Assembly: GCF_001194135.2 (NCBI RefSeq) | Contig: NC_068998.1 | Coordinates: 52,046,825-52,110,824 of the forward strand | Direction: 5' to 3' | Source of the DNA: Octopus bimaculoides | Taxonomy: Eukaryota | DNA length: 64,000 bases | Part shown: positions 37,405-51,985 of the stretch, piece by piece | How positions within the stretch are numbered: position 1 is the stretch's first letter | Layout of the letters: every line of letters starts with the position of its first letter | Translations under genes and position numbers: made by a program | Notes under the pieces: generated by a model | Seen by the model: the letters and a program-made list of their open reading frames with translations, nothing else | The model's database searches: none | Told to the model about the DNA's origin: nothing

Positions 37405-40400
37405 AGATGTGTGTATATGTATAGGTATATATATATATATATATATATATGCATACAAACACACGCACACATATACCTTATTTATAAGTTCTCTCTCCCT
37501 CTCTCTCTCTCTCTATATATATATATAATTTCAAGAAATAACTCACTTTCATTTCATAAAAGTAATCAACTTAATATTTTTTTTTATATATATTTTCTCC
37601 CCATTAATTTCATGATAAAGAAATAATATTAACATGCAATCAAGTTATTTTTAGTCAACATATTCTGAACTGAAAATTTTTTGAAATACACTCAAAGATT
37701 TTCTGCCNNNNNNNNNNATCTCAAAATTAAAGTTAGAGATGAGTTTTATTTCCGATAACCTACATATAAGGCTTTTATCTTCATTTTTTTTTTTTTTTTT
37801 TTTAGTATAAAGTAGTTTGTCTTCACTTTTCTAATGAAATTATATCTCTCTCTCTGAATCAATCTACATTACTCACAAACTCTGTTGAATTTCTCACAGG
37901 ATTTAAATGAAGGAATTCTTGTTACTCTGTAGGTATTCTAAAAATCTGTAAGAATATTCAAGACTAAAAGACTTATAGATACTGCATTGAAATTTACAAA
38001 ATTAAGACCAGAACTGTTGTTCCAATGTTAAGAATCCATTTGCCAAGTTATGAGTGTCCTGATTTGCATAGCAGAAGAAAATATTCTTCAAATATAAAAA
38101 ACATAAATGCCTTGATCTTGTATATGAGTAAACAGTGTCCTTTTGAGTGTGAGGAAATTAACCTGTTTTTCTTCACTACTTGTTGTCACCATCGTTCTAC
38201 TTGTATAGCCATCTCTATTTTCACTGTTTCTTTACACCATGCCTTTCAATTTTGTCCAGTTTAACTCGTAGTGCAGGAATAGTCTTGTGGTTAAGAAACT
38301 TATTTTGCAATCACATGATTATCAGTTTGATTCCATTGTACAGTTCCTGGGGTTATTGTGTTTTGCCATACCGTCAGATCTACTCAAACTTGTGGATGAA
38401 ATCGGGTAGGCAGAGAACTGAAAGGAAGTCCATTAAATGGACTGCACCTATTCCTGGGTGGTAGATCTGTTTCATCCCGTTGTCTGGTTTGTTGGCCCCT
38501 TTTGTAGAGCCCATTTTGTGGCAAGTATTCAAACCAGGTTTTCAGTCTGAGTCAGGGGTTCTCACTGTAGACCCTACAAAACAGTAAAAAGGGTGGGGTT
38601 AGGCTCTCCCATCCTTCTCTGGCCAAGCCATAAAAACAACAAAGTTAAACCTAACACATGACAATCATATTTTCATCTTAAACTCTTTTCTTTACCAAAT
38701 TGCTTACATTTCTCTGTTGCTTCTTTGCAGCTACTTTATGCTATTCCAATCAATATTCTTCAGTTTTAAATCTTATCAACTACATGATAAATATATAAAA
38801 TCTAAATTTTATGTGAATTTTCACCCATTCAAAGAAACTGCTATTTTGCTATGTTAAATCTTTATTATCAAAAAGTGATCTGTTTTTGTTTTTTTTATAT
38901 AGCTAATTGATGTTTTCACTTTTTTCTTTTACTTTCTAAATCGTGAAACCTTTGTAAAATGACTGTTTCTTCTTTAATATATCCTTCTTAATATTTTAAA
39001 TACTTTCCTGCTAGGAATCCATTATATAAGTAAACTATTGCTTCTTGAGAAAACTACTCAGGTAAAAATACTAATAAAGACCCTTTATTAATTAGTAATA
39101 GGTAAATATATGTAGCAGAGTTTCAGCTCCTATCAATGTAGGCAATTTTAGGCAATAATAGTTAAATACTTATATGCCTTGAGCAATATGTCTATACAAT
39201 ACTTTCAGAGGGATTCAACTCGTGACTACATAATCAACAGTGCTTAAATGAGATTACCACGAAAAAAAAATTAATACTTGATGGTTGTATCCCAGCATGG
39301 CTACAACCCAGTTACTGAAAGCAGTAAAAGAAAAAATATATATATTTCTATTTATAGATAACAAAGCAAATAACTTCTTTTTTTTTTTTTAACCTTGGCT
39401 CCTCTCCATTCCATTTTATAATTTAAAAAAATGTCTTTAGGTCCATTCTATTTCATCCTGAAGAATTGGTAGGAACCAGTGATTCCTGACAATTTTTTAC
39501 TGATGGACCTCTTTGATTCTTATTTTACTCAGGGCCAATGTTTCAAAAATTCTATTATATTTTTAGAATTAAATATTCTTAGGATTTCTATAAAAAAAAA
39601 TTGTTAAGACATTTGATGTATTGTTGAAGTCTATAACTAATTTCTTACACATAAATTTTAACAAAACAAAAATCATTATATGGATCCCCAAGAGTCAAAT
39701 GGACCCTGATTGAAAACCATTTATGCAAACCATTAAACTGGAACCAAAGAAATCTCAAAATTCACTATAAAACTCTTGTTTGATCTTGTAATCTTGGTAT
39801 CTATCTCATTTACATCTCTGTAGATTTCTTTCTTCATGATGTGTGTGTGTGTGTGTGTGTGTGTGTGTCAATGCTGGTATTGCACTTGTTATCATTTGTG
39901 TGATACAGTAGTAATGTCTGCATTCCCTGTTGACATTATGACTGGTCACTCTGTACTTTTAAAGAGTTGTGGAACATATATTAAAAAAAATACCTTATAT
40001 GAAAAATAGGTGAGGGCTAGCAACAGGAAGTGCATCCAACCATAAAATCCTGCCTCAACTTCATAACCATACTGCCACACCGATATTATTAGATTTTCAC
40101 AATATTTCTCCTTATTCAAATCATTCAATATTATTGGCTAAATTATGAAATCGGATGTTACATAAGCTAATTATAGCCTGTTGTTTACAGCTGTACAGAA
40201 ACTAATATCCATTGAATTATTGAGAGTGGCACAAACAATTCCCAAGTGAACAAGGCTGACAATTTGTCAAAACATCTGCCAATGAAATGTAGCCAGAACT
40301 CTCTCTCTCTCTCATGCTCTCTCTCTCTCTTTCTCTCTCATCTCCCTCTCGCTCACTCGCTCCACCAAATTCAGAAATCAATTCTTATGGAAAGCCAACG

Positions 40401-41263
40401 GATGTCTCTACAGAGCTATGCAGCATGCTAGAAATAGCAGCCAAATCTGTTTCAAGTTACATGCTTTGCTATCTACCACTAATTGAGTGACAGTCATGGC
40501 TTGAATGTCTTTGGTCAGGATTGACCCAAGGATAACCCTTAAATTTAAGGTCTTGTGGTAGGGTCAATATAAATATGTATTCTCACCCCGTTAAATTTAA
40601 GGCCTTCTGTGCCAGTATATGAAACCAGTGACAAAGAGGGGTTCGATGTGCTGGACTGACGAAATTGTTAGTATTTGATAGCGCTTCATTCTTATCCAAT
40701 TGATAAAATGAAGTCATGATTGAGCAGTGAAGGAGCAGTTGATCTAATTAGCTATATTCATTTTATGCATATAAGACCTTGTGTGTGTGGAACTAATTAT
40801 TTAATCAATTTAAGCTAATTTACTGAAATACATTATTATACATTATGAGAGTGAATATTTCAAATCAATTTCTTGATATTCAATGCAGAGAACACTGTGC
40901 AAAAGGCAATAGAATGTAGGGGTCATTGAATTTAGGATTCTTATATATATATTTTCTTTGTATGTTTTGGAGGGCGTGGTATATATAACACGAATCTGTA
41001 ATAATTAACTGCCGAAAGCTGTCACCTCATTAAAAATACCCATACGTATGTTACAGATTCATTAGTGAAGGTTTGGAAAATTAATTGTCTCTTCTTATTT
41101 ATGAATCTCTGTTTGTATGTGTGTGTATTTATCTCTTTATGTATGCTCTATATATGTATGTATTTGACTCACATTTAATTCTCTCTTTTTGTATGTATAT
41201 ATATATATATATATATATAAGTCAGTAAATAGTGGGGTTGTGTTAACCGTACGTGGAGAAATA

Positions 41264-42047
41264 ATAGGAAAATAAAAAATAATAATAAGGCAGAATGCTA
41301 AACTGGAAGCATATTTTAATAAAGATTTCTCTAACCGGCTTTCATTGCGAAGCAAATTTTCAAGAAGAGGGAGAATGAAAATGTTTTTTACAAAGAAGTA
41401 CAAAATGAAGAAAATAATATATTAAAAAAATAATATATAAAAAAATAAATATACCGATACATTATATTGGCTTTGAGCCTTTGAAGTTCAATGGTAATTC
41501 CTGTATATAATGGTTGGACAAATATGGATGCATGAGAATTGAGAATTGTGTTAGGTTTAAAAAAAGGGATAAAAGTTTGTGTTAAGCAGGAAGTGTGGTG
41601 TCAAAACAGGAAGTGTGTGTAAGGGGAGACAAATCTTTTTAGTTGGAGTTATGAATTCTTTTTCAACAGGAAGTTTATGTCATAACTCCAACTAAAAAGA
41701 TTTGTCTCCCCTTACACACACTTCCTGCTTAACACAAACTTTTAACCCTTTCTTTAAACCTAACACAACTCCCAATTTTCATGCATCCTTATTTTTCCAA
41801 CTATTATATACATGGATTACCATTGAGCTTCAAAAGCTCAAAGACAATATAATGTATCGGTATATTTATTTTTTTGTATATTATTTTTTTTATATATTAT
41901 TTTCTTCATTTTGTACTTCTTTGTAAAAAACATTTTCATTCTCCCTCTTCTTGAAAATTTGCTTCGCAATGAAAGCCAGTTAGAGAAATCTTTATTAAAA
42001 TATGCTTCCAGTTTAGCATTCTGCCTTATTATTATTTTTCATTTTCC

Positions 42048-42050
<3 letters not shown>
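41264..42050. repeat. Foldback/palindromic element, arms about 390 and 370 bp, 25-nt spacer
   Basis: 41264-41654 is the near-perfect reverse complement of 41680-42050; ORFs 41137..41403(-) and 41911..42171(+) give almost identical peptides. Confidence 0.95.
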
Positions 42051-42141
<91 letters not shown>

Positions 42142-43959
42142 TATATATGTATGTATATACGTATATCTTAGTTATGTGTGTCTATAAATGTTTGTGTAGT
42201 AAATGCATTATGCATTTCAGCAACAATTAGACAAGAGTGTTGCATATGTCTTGTTTTGGTTTTGTTTTTGATACACAAATGAGTGAGTGAATGTTACTTG
42301 GCTTAACTTGTTTCCAACCGTGAGTTGCTGGTCAGTTTAAGCATAAACGATAATAATGAGCTTCAATTTCTCGCCTTTGTTCTCTAGTGGCAAAATTTTG
42401 GATACTCAAACAGAATTTGCTAAAAGTACATTGTAATTAAGTTAAAATAAATGACTTACCACACAGTAACTTTGAGATTTCATTGATGTGATTGTATATT
42501 TTTAGAATGACATTGTAGGGTAGGTGTGGGAGGCCCAATCTGGTCAGTTTGAGCATAAAGCATGTAGAATATGTGTAGCTGATATGGCTGATATAAATAC
42601 TAAAGGTCTGATTTCAAGAAGATTTGTTTTTTTTTATTTTTTATAGGATAAGTGATAACCTAGAGGCATCATTGTTTTCTCATATTTGTCCTGGTACAGA
42701 ATAAGTGAATATGTAGTTGTATTGAAATGTAACGTAATATGGATTGAGTATGCTTCAAGTACTAACAATAGATGATAGCATTTTGTGGAAGAACAATTCT
42801 TCTTTTATTGGTATCTTTGGAAATAAATTATCCCCATAAATATTTTATCTTCAGAGCATTCTTCAAAGTTGGCAATTCAGATACCACCTTTTAAATGCTT
42901 AATAATGTTTTATATAATCAGATTGTAAGTGGATTCTTAAATGAAAATAAAAGACAAAAACATCCTTTTCTAAGGAATCAGAATAGCATTAAATTCATAA
43001 CTGCAGTAGAGCTAGAAATGCTTTAATTGGATTTATTAACAATTTCTGAGGAATTTTCAGTTTTCATATTCATATTATTGATATTGTTTTTATTCCTTAT
43101 CTCTTAGCGTATTATTCGAAGAACTGGGTTAATCATATTTGGTTTCATGACTTGTGCTATCTCTAAAATTTGTTGGCATTTTGAAAAGCAAAATTATTCA
43201 CAAGACAAAAATGAGCTGTTAGAAAAGAAAATTGGAACAAAAATAATTACATTTTCAAAGCACGAAATGAAATGATTTTTTTTTTCCCCCCCTACATTTT
43301 GGAAATATTTCCCCATATCTTTATTTTATATAAGTAAAGAAAATTACATAGAACTTTCTAATTATATATCTATTCAAATGTCTTATTCTTATTGTTTATT
43401 TCCTAAATTAGGAAAATAATAATTTTTCGTGATCTGAATAGTTGCTAGCTTTCTCTTTGTTCATTATTGTCACCTTTCCTTTTGCAGTTAATTTACAAGG
43501 GCTGACATAGATACGAGAAAATGGATATCAAATTTATAGTTATATAAGTTATCATTTTTTTAAAAATCAAATGCTATACTTTTATGCAACATATATCGTC
43601 TGCTGTTTAGGTTTCTAGAATGCTGATTGCATGGAGCTGTTTCCATTTTAATTTTCATTAGATTCTGAGCAGGTTTGTAAGTGCAGAACATTGTATGTAT
43701 GCATATACATGTGTGTACATATATTTGTGTGTGCGATATATGTATGTATGTATGTATGTATGCATATATATATATATATATANNNNNNNNNNNNNNNNNN
43801 NNNNNNNNNNNNNNNNNNNNNNNNNNNNNNNNNNNNNNNNNNNNNNNNNNNGAAAGAGAGAGAAAGAAAGTTGCCGATAAGACTTTGGTGTGTATCTTCA
43901 AGTTATTTGAGCACTACTAAGTATCTCTCTATCTCACACCTCCTGACTCACTTTCGCTC

Positions 43960-44000
<41 letters not shown>

Positions 44001-44705
44001 ATATATATATATGTAAAGTTACAGCCATTTTTAAGTACACATACCTAAGTAGATTTATAGTTGTAACCAATCAGAATAGAAATTCTGAATAACTTTTTCG
44101 CTCAAACAGGTAATAAATATCTGGTATTCAAAATTAATTAAAACATTTATTATTCTTCCTTGGTGTACCGAGAAGTTTGTGTACAACAACTAACTTATAT
44201 TCTAAATTAAGTTTTGAGTTTGATTGTAATTGTAGCAATTGAAATTCAAAGGAAAACTTATTAATATTTCATACAGTTCCTTAATTATATGCTCAATTAT
44301 TAATTAACACTGAAGTTTTAATTATTTTATATTTTTGCTTCAGAGAGGTAAAATAGTGCTGTCTCTAATCCCAGTGTATTTGGCTTGGTTTACAAGCTGT
44401 AAATTTTTATAAAATTGCATACTGAAGTATTTTCATTTCCATTTTGTTTTGTATTTATACCCTTATAATTTAACTTGTGTGTGTGTGTTAAAAGTAATGA
44501 CAGGGATTCAGACAGGGCCTTGACCCTTTATTTAACGAGGTTTCATTGCATAAACCCTTTAGCATTCAGATTTCTTTGTCAAATGTAATATTTCTTTAGT
44601 CCTTCAATGACAATGGGGTTGATATCATTCATTTAACAACTTAACCCAGAGTTGCTGATCTTTCTTGTTCTTAAATTAAAAACAGTTGTTGTTGTTATTA
44701 TTATT

Positions 44706-44740
<35 letters not shown>

Positions 44741-46022
44741 TAGTAGAATGGTTAGGTTGTCAAAAGAAATGCCTTGTGGTATTTATTCCTGTTTTTAACA
44801 TACTGAATTCAAATCCTGCTGAGGTCAATTTTGCCTTTCACCCTTTTATGGTCAATAAAATAAAGCACCGGTCAAGTACTAGGCTTGGTGACCCTGACTA
44901 ATTCTTTCCCTTCAAAAGTGTTGGCCTTTCATTTAAATCAGTAATTACCATTCTTCTTATAATTATTATTAATATTATTATTGAAGACAATGGATTAGCA
45001 GAATCAACAGAATGGTTAATAGAGTGCCGTGCTTGATTTATTTATGCCTTTTTTTTTACTTCCTGATTTCAAATCTCACCAAGGTCAGTTTTGCCTTTCA
45101 TCCTTCAGTGGTTCGACAGATAAGTCCCTGTCAAGTCGTCCTGGGACATTATATTATTGACTTTACTCCCCCCTCCTCTCCCTCCCAAACGTGAGGCCAT
45201 GAGCCTATGTTAGAAATCATAATTATAAATATTATTATCATTATCATTTTATCCTTATTATTATTGATTTGTATATGTTGTATTAATTATATCTGCTTGT
45301 ATAATGACACTTTCAAGAGCTCATCAAATCTATAGGTTGTGAACTTTTATTAAGTAAATAAATCACATGTAATAACACAACACACTAAAACTATGTGTGT
45401 GTGTATGTGTGTGTGTATGTGTGTGCGTGTGTGTGTGTGTATATATATGTGTGAGAGATGATGATAATGATGAGAAGGATGATGATGATGATAATGATGA
45501 TTGATTGATTAATTAATTATCTATGTATGCTAAATATGTAGCAGATTTGTAAATTATTATTCTCCTGAACTTGCCTTGCTTCTAATGTGGCAAAGTGTTT
45601 CATTTGTTGATTGAGTGATTTAATGAATATAGCAACTTGCTATTGATTCTTTTTTCTTTCTTTCTTTCTGATGAAGAAGAAGAAGAAGAAGAATCAGAGG
45701 AAGAAGGAAATTACAAAATAATTTTTTTAAAATAGAAAAATTTAACATGTTGCTTAGATTTTTCATAACATTAGTAAAAAATATAAATATTTTTTTTTAA
45801 CCTTTTGTTTGGATTTCTGCTTTTGTTATATATATTTTTATTATTATTTTTTCTCATTAGCTAATATCTTGATACCCTGCTTTTTTATTTCCTTTTAGTT
45901 TTTGTAGTTTGCTGTTATTTTTGTTTATGACTTCATAACATAATATAATGAAATAATTACATTTTTTTTTCATAAATTTGTGTGTATGTAAATATATATA
46001 CGCACACAATATTTATTTTCTT

Positions 46023-46059
<37 letters not shown>

Positions 46060-46189
46060 AAAAAGGAAATAAATAATTGAAAAAGAGGAAGGGGGTGAGT
46101 GAATGTATTAGTTTAGTTCAAGATCAATGGATCAATGTTTCAATTTATTGTAAAACGAACGGTAACAATTATTGTTACTGTTGTTTGTC

Positions 46190-46410
46190 TAACTCTCAGG
46201 TGAGCTCTAATTGAGCAAACCTATGATCAAAGGCATTCCTAACCACGACCCCCCCCCCTTTTTTTTTCAAACACTGACTATCATTGACCTCATTATCCTG
46301 TATATCCTCCTTTTTTCATTACAGATAGTCAGGTGCAATTTGAGAGATATTTAGCCGTTGTTTCTAGCAATCTGAAAGACTGCATCGAGGCTTGCTCATT
46401 GGATTGCTAA
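46190..46410 (+). repeat. Unclassified dispersed repeat family E (copies at about 19840-20060 +, 32700-32860 -, 40420-40540 -, 57595-57790 +, 62215-62390 +, 3270-3360 -)
   Basis: Shared gacctatgatcaaaggcattcc..gatttgagggagatttggctgctatttctagc-like motifs. Confidence 0.7.
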
Positions 46411-47309
46411 ACTATCAGCTGATAGTTGTAGAAGTTATATATTAGTTTGTAGAGGCAAAATTGACTTGGTTCTGTGGTCTGTTGATATTTCCAGAAGCAT
46501 TGACATGCTATAAAATCATTTTGATGCTCATTCCATTAGAAAAAAATAGCAAAATATTATCTTTCAAAACATGAAACAACAACAAACTGTTTTCGTGTGT
46601 TAACATATTTCTGTATTATTCTGACCAAAAGTAAATATCAGTCAGTGTTTTAGCTTCTTTTTCTTTTTTAAATATAATTAGTTTAAGTATGAAAACCATA
46701 TCTCTCATTTTTAATTATATGGTTGTCACTTTTGAATTCTATGCTGGATGTCTTCATCTATAATGATAGTCTCAGTTTGATGGTTATGGAAATCTTTTAT
46801 ACTGATGCTTGCTCAGAATAGTATGGAAATGTCTTGCATGAGACTGTCAAACAGTTGGCAGCAAATATGTCCTAACTATGTTAGCTTCTAGGCTAGGCAC
46901 AGGGGTCAGTCAATTAAAGCAGCAGTCAAGACCCAAGTGGGTCAGGGTTCCCTACATTAGAAATTTATAAAACTACATCAGACATTTCCATATTCCTGCT
47001 TTATATTTGTTGGGAGATTAAAATAAGAATTCTATGATTCAAAGCAAATTCTTTTTTCATTTTCATTTTCTTTTGTGTTTTTTTTTACCAAGTTATTTTT
47101 CCTCATGTCTTTATATCTCAATGCATCCTTTATGTTACATATTCAATATATTTTATTAGTATACTTAGACAGGTATTCTCCATAATATCACAACTAATCA
47201 TAATTTATCCCCCACTTATTCAGAGGGGTGTACATATGGTTGTATATAATATAAATACATATAATATATACATGCATACATACTTATATATAAATATTTT
47301 TATAAATGA

Positions 47310-47569
47310 TATAGTGGATTAAAAGGGTTGAAGAAATGGATTACAAATCCGACACTTGTTTCTAGAAGTTTGGCGGTCCAAGATAATGTTTGTAGATTGA
47401 TTCCATCATAGGACGAGACAAGCCTCCATCTTCAGGAAAGAGATCTTACATTTGAGGTGTTAAAGGAAAGAAGTTCAAAGATTTTAAAACTTTTCTTTTG
47501 AACCATCAAGCCCCCAGAAACAGCTGTCGGATTTGTAATACTTTTCTTCAACCCTTTTAATCTTCTATA
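47310..47569. mobile_element. Short element with 38-bp inverted repeats (Penelope pLTR-like or MITE-like)
   Basis: 47317-47354 is the reverse complement of 47525-47562 with about 3 mismatches; tataaatatttttataaat occurs on both sides. Confidence 0.75.
47345..47444 (-). ncRNA. Type-I hammerhead-like motif with 54-nt loop II
   Basis: Minus strand: TTC-CTGAAGA-TGGAGG[54 nt]CTTCTA-GAAA-C[AAGT]G-TC^GGA; intact core, GUC triplet, stem I only about 3 bp. Confidence 0.5.
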
Positions 47570-48402
47570 AATATTTTTATAAATACACATTCTAACTGGT
47601 AGATATAGCAACCACTCTGTGGATTACTTTGTATCGCGCAGTACGCACAAATTTACATAGATATTTCACTGGCAAGCAGTATTAAACGAAATCTCTTTGG
47701 AAATCCAGTATGTTTTCCACCAGTGTCATATTTTTAGCAGCAGCAGTAGTTGTAGTAGTAGTAGTCATAGTAGTCTTGAAGAAGAAAATTTGATTTAGTA
47801 ATAATGATTCAATATATATCAATATTAGCTATTAAACTTAAGATTTTGTGTAGTTATATTTTGTCGTGTTTGCAGTTGTTCTTTTCTGTTTGTGTTTTAT
47901 ATTTTTGATGTAGTAACATTTAATAACACTCATTAATCCATGTAAATTTGGAAAGAAAAATACTGTTAGTTCAATGTATTTGAAAATAACAGCATTATAT
48001 TGCAATATTCTATAGAGATATATTTCATTGACATTTTTTTTTTTTTCAATTGAAATACAAAAAGCTCACCATAATAATGTTTTCCTTTTTTAAATTGTAA
48101 ATATGTTTTATTATTTCACTAGGCAAACATAAAGAAAGATCAAAATCTTTTAAATAATATCCATTTTTCTGTCATTTATGAAACACTTTGAATTATAATG
48201 GCTTTCGTGTGTGTGTGTGTGTGCCTGTGTAGTATAAATGATATTTATAATTTATAAAGTGTCTAGGAATTTAGTTAACTTAGTGAAAAATAGTGAGAAA
48301 AATATGTAAATAATATTTAATTTATATGTTTTATTTTTGTTGTTACTTTTTTATTTCTGAAATTTTTTTAATACCAAGTTTTAACTACATTTGCTATTGT
48401 GC

Positions 48403-48484
<82 letters not shown>

Positions 48485-50641
48485 CGTGAAGAATTATACT
48501 CTTTGAAATGGAAAAAGAAAACATTTCTGGTTGAATAGAAGGATTTGGAGGATTTAGAAGTAAAGAATATTTCTTTAAAAAAAAAAAAAGGAAAAAATTT
48601 GAATTATTAAAATTAATCCTAATTAAAAATAAATACATTAGACTAAGACTTAACAGAAAACAAATATTGTGCAAATTACGCAGATGTGTAAGTTGATCTT
48701 CATAAGAATATTATGCTCGGTGTTGAAACGCATTAGGTTGAGATGTACAATAATAATGTTCACCTGATAACTCTTATTTTAATAGATTCATTTGGCATTT
48801 TTCTGAAAAGTAACATCTTTAGTTACAGATTTCCAACTGGTTCCCTGCATTTCAATGGTGATAGTTAAAAGGGATTATCTGTAACTTGGGCAGAACAAAT
48901 ACCACAATCTAATCTGATTGGCAGTTTATTGGTTTTCTCATGTGTACATCTTTCTCTATTATACACCTCTGTTGTACACACATAGATAGACAGACAGGTA
49001 GGTAGCTAGCATCACCAATATCTTTCTCTACTTTTTAGTTACTCTCTCACTCTCTCATTCTTACATTATGTGGGTTGGCCAAGTATCTCCTCTATAGAAA
49101 GATGTCTGTGCTTGTCCCTGTATTATACTTAGGCCTCTCAAAACCTAGCATAAAGTCACTTCCCCCATGTTCTACAACCACACTTGACAGAGGTGGGACT
49201 TTGTTTTTCTTCATCTTGTGAGTTACTTTGGTGACTTCAACCAGTGCAGATGTCACCAAAAATAAATAAATAAATAAAAGCTGCCAGTCCACTCTGTAAA
49301 CTGGAAGGGTGTCTAACTGTAGAAACCATGCTAAAGCAAGCATCAGAGCAAGACACGGTTCTTCTCCTGTTCGCTGGTTCTTATCAAACCATCCCAGCCA
49401 TGCAACACATACATAGGACAGTTTCTCTGCACATATTTTCTATGTACAAAATTTCAGTCATGGCTGTTGTAAAAGATTTTTACTTAAGGCACCATGCAGC
49501 AGGATTGAACTCAGAACCGTGACTGTGAAGCAGTTGTTTTAACCACACAGCAACACCTACAACCAATAACTTAATAATTGTTCTATTATTGTTAGTTTTA
49601 TTTTTTGATAATCAACATGGCACTTCTATAATACAAACCAAATTGCAATTCTGTAGTTAGCTTTTTTTATTTTAACTAAAAACTATAACTCTTGTGATAA
49701 AATTAGTTATTATTATTATAATTATTATTAAGTTTCCTGATTTTCCAGTACAAAATATTTGTAACATTCATATCTGAGCAAAGAGTTGAGAAAGAATCCC
49801 CCCCCCCCNNNNNNNNNNNNNNNNNNNNNNNNNNNNNNNNNNNNNNNNNNNNNNNNNNNNNNNNNNNNNNNNNNNNNNNNNNNNNNNNNNNNNNNNNNNN
49901 NNNNNNNNNNNNNNNNNNNNNNNNNNNNNNNNNNNNNNNNNNNNNNNNNNNNNNNNNNNNNNNNNNNNATATATATATATATATATATATATATATAGCT
50001 ATATATATACAAGTGTATATATGTATATATATATATATATATCTAGCTGCATATGTATTATGTGTGTTTGTATGTATGTGTATAATGTATGAAATGAATC
50101 TAATAAGTATGTATATAATAAATTTTGGCTTTTATATCAAAGGATTTTAAGGAATTTAGCTGGCAGAAAGCGAACTGCGTTTGATTAAGAAATGTGAAAA
50201 GAAAATGATGCTAATCTTCAGGATGTTAGATTTTTCTGTTTTTTTTTTTTTTAATCTTTTTGGTTATTAGATAAAGCACCTTTTACACTTTGAAACTTGC
50301 AACCTTTGATGACTGATAACGTTGCATCACATAATAGAATTATAAGAAGTGGTTTGATGAATGCAATATGGGGATATAAATGGAGTTGGTTGGAGATTTC
50401 TATAATTGATTTGAGGGTTTTGTGGGGAAAAAAAAATAAAAGTGTTTAGATATTAAACTAAAAAATCTAATTTATTTCTTCATAAAATTGAGAATCCTAG
50501 ATGAAAATGTAGGCTCAGAAATTTTCTGTTGGGTGAATTTGCCTGTTTGTATTGATAAGTCCTGTGGAAAATTTTAGTCTTCTTTTCAATAAAATCTTAT
50601 TTTTTATTTTAAAGTTAAGATTTTGTTGATTTTGTATATAA

Positions 50642-50692
<51 letters not shown>

Positions 50693-51529
50693 TAATAGCT
50701 AAAGAAATATTCAAATTATATTTTTTCCTCCAAGTTGTAAAACTTTGTTTTGGTAATATATTTTCTCTTTAGTAATTTTGAGATTAATATTTCGGATATA
50801 AGAATAACTCTTTAAAATGGTTCTGTATCAAGAGTGTTATATTTTCAATATTTACTTATTCAATTATGTTGTATAATTAATAGCTGAGTATTTAATATGC
50901 TGGAATATTGACCAAAAGGTTTAAGTTCAACTCTTACTCAACGCATTGATCTGTACCTTTAGTAAACAAAAAAAAAATCATGTTAATCTTGGTTGAAAAT
51001 AAGTTGTACTTTTACAAATTGATTTTTAGTTAGTGTTGTCCAGAATATCTTATTTCTAATGTGAAGAATTTATAAACCCATCCAAATAAACAATAAAGAA
51101 GAATGGGCAATTGTGGTTTTTGGCTATGCTTAATAATACAGTTTATTAACTGTATTATTACAAATACATTAACATCAATATTTGTGATTTAAGTGCGAGA
51201 CCAACCACTTCTTTATCTTTTATGTATTTATTTATTTTTTTGCTTTATGGTGTGGCATAGTCATTTAAACTGACCTGACTACAGTAAGTTCACTAGTCTG
51301 TATTTTATTAACTTCTGATGACCCCTCCCCTCCGATGCCCCCATCATTTCTCTCAAAAAATATAAAGTGAAGTTGACCTCTGGTAGGATTTTATAGTTTC
51401 TGTTGTTTGCTGTTCTGTTACCTTTCAACATTATTTTCCAATTCTCCAACCACATATCCGTGTTCGATTAGGCCCATGACAAACTGACAACCTTTTCTTG
51501 ACAGCAGACTGGGAGGAAGAGCAAACTGG

Positions 51530-51985
51530 AAACCGAGACAGGCATGGTCTGTCACAGACTGTGCACACAAAAAGGTCATTGTCATTCACCTTCTTGATCG
51601 TTACATTCTTCCTTAGATCTCTTTTGAGTTTTACATGCGTTATCTTGGCCTCTTCAAACACTTTCACTCTACTCCACACTTTTGTTCACCATCCAACTCA
51701 ATCCGAAGCAAGGGTTTCTATGTCTTCTGGATCCATTCCAAGTGACTTCATAGTAGTCCTTATGCTACCCTTAAACCTTTTTTTAGGTTTACACCGATAG
51801 CGTTTCCCCTCTGCAAGCTCGCCATAAAATAGCTGTTTAGGAATGTGTTCATCTGCCATTCAAACAATATGGCCACACTATCTCATTTGGTTCCTTAAAA
51901 TCATAGCTTTAATTGAGGTGATGCCTGCAGATGCAAGGACATCTGTGTTTGGAGTAAAAGAACTCCATTTAACGTTTAAAATGCC

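Noticed and set aside
39458-39486. CTGAAGA followed by a 6-bp hairpin
   Set aside because: Followed by GATT rather than GAAA and no stem I or III; not a hammerhead.
41137-42171. Two near-identical ORFs (MYFFVKNIFILPLLENLLRNES..) suggesting a duplicated gene
   Set aside because: Mirror translations of the two arms of the foldback element.
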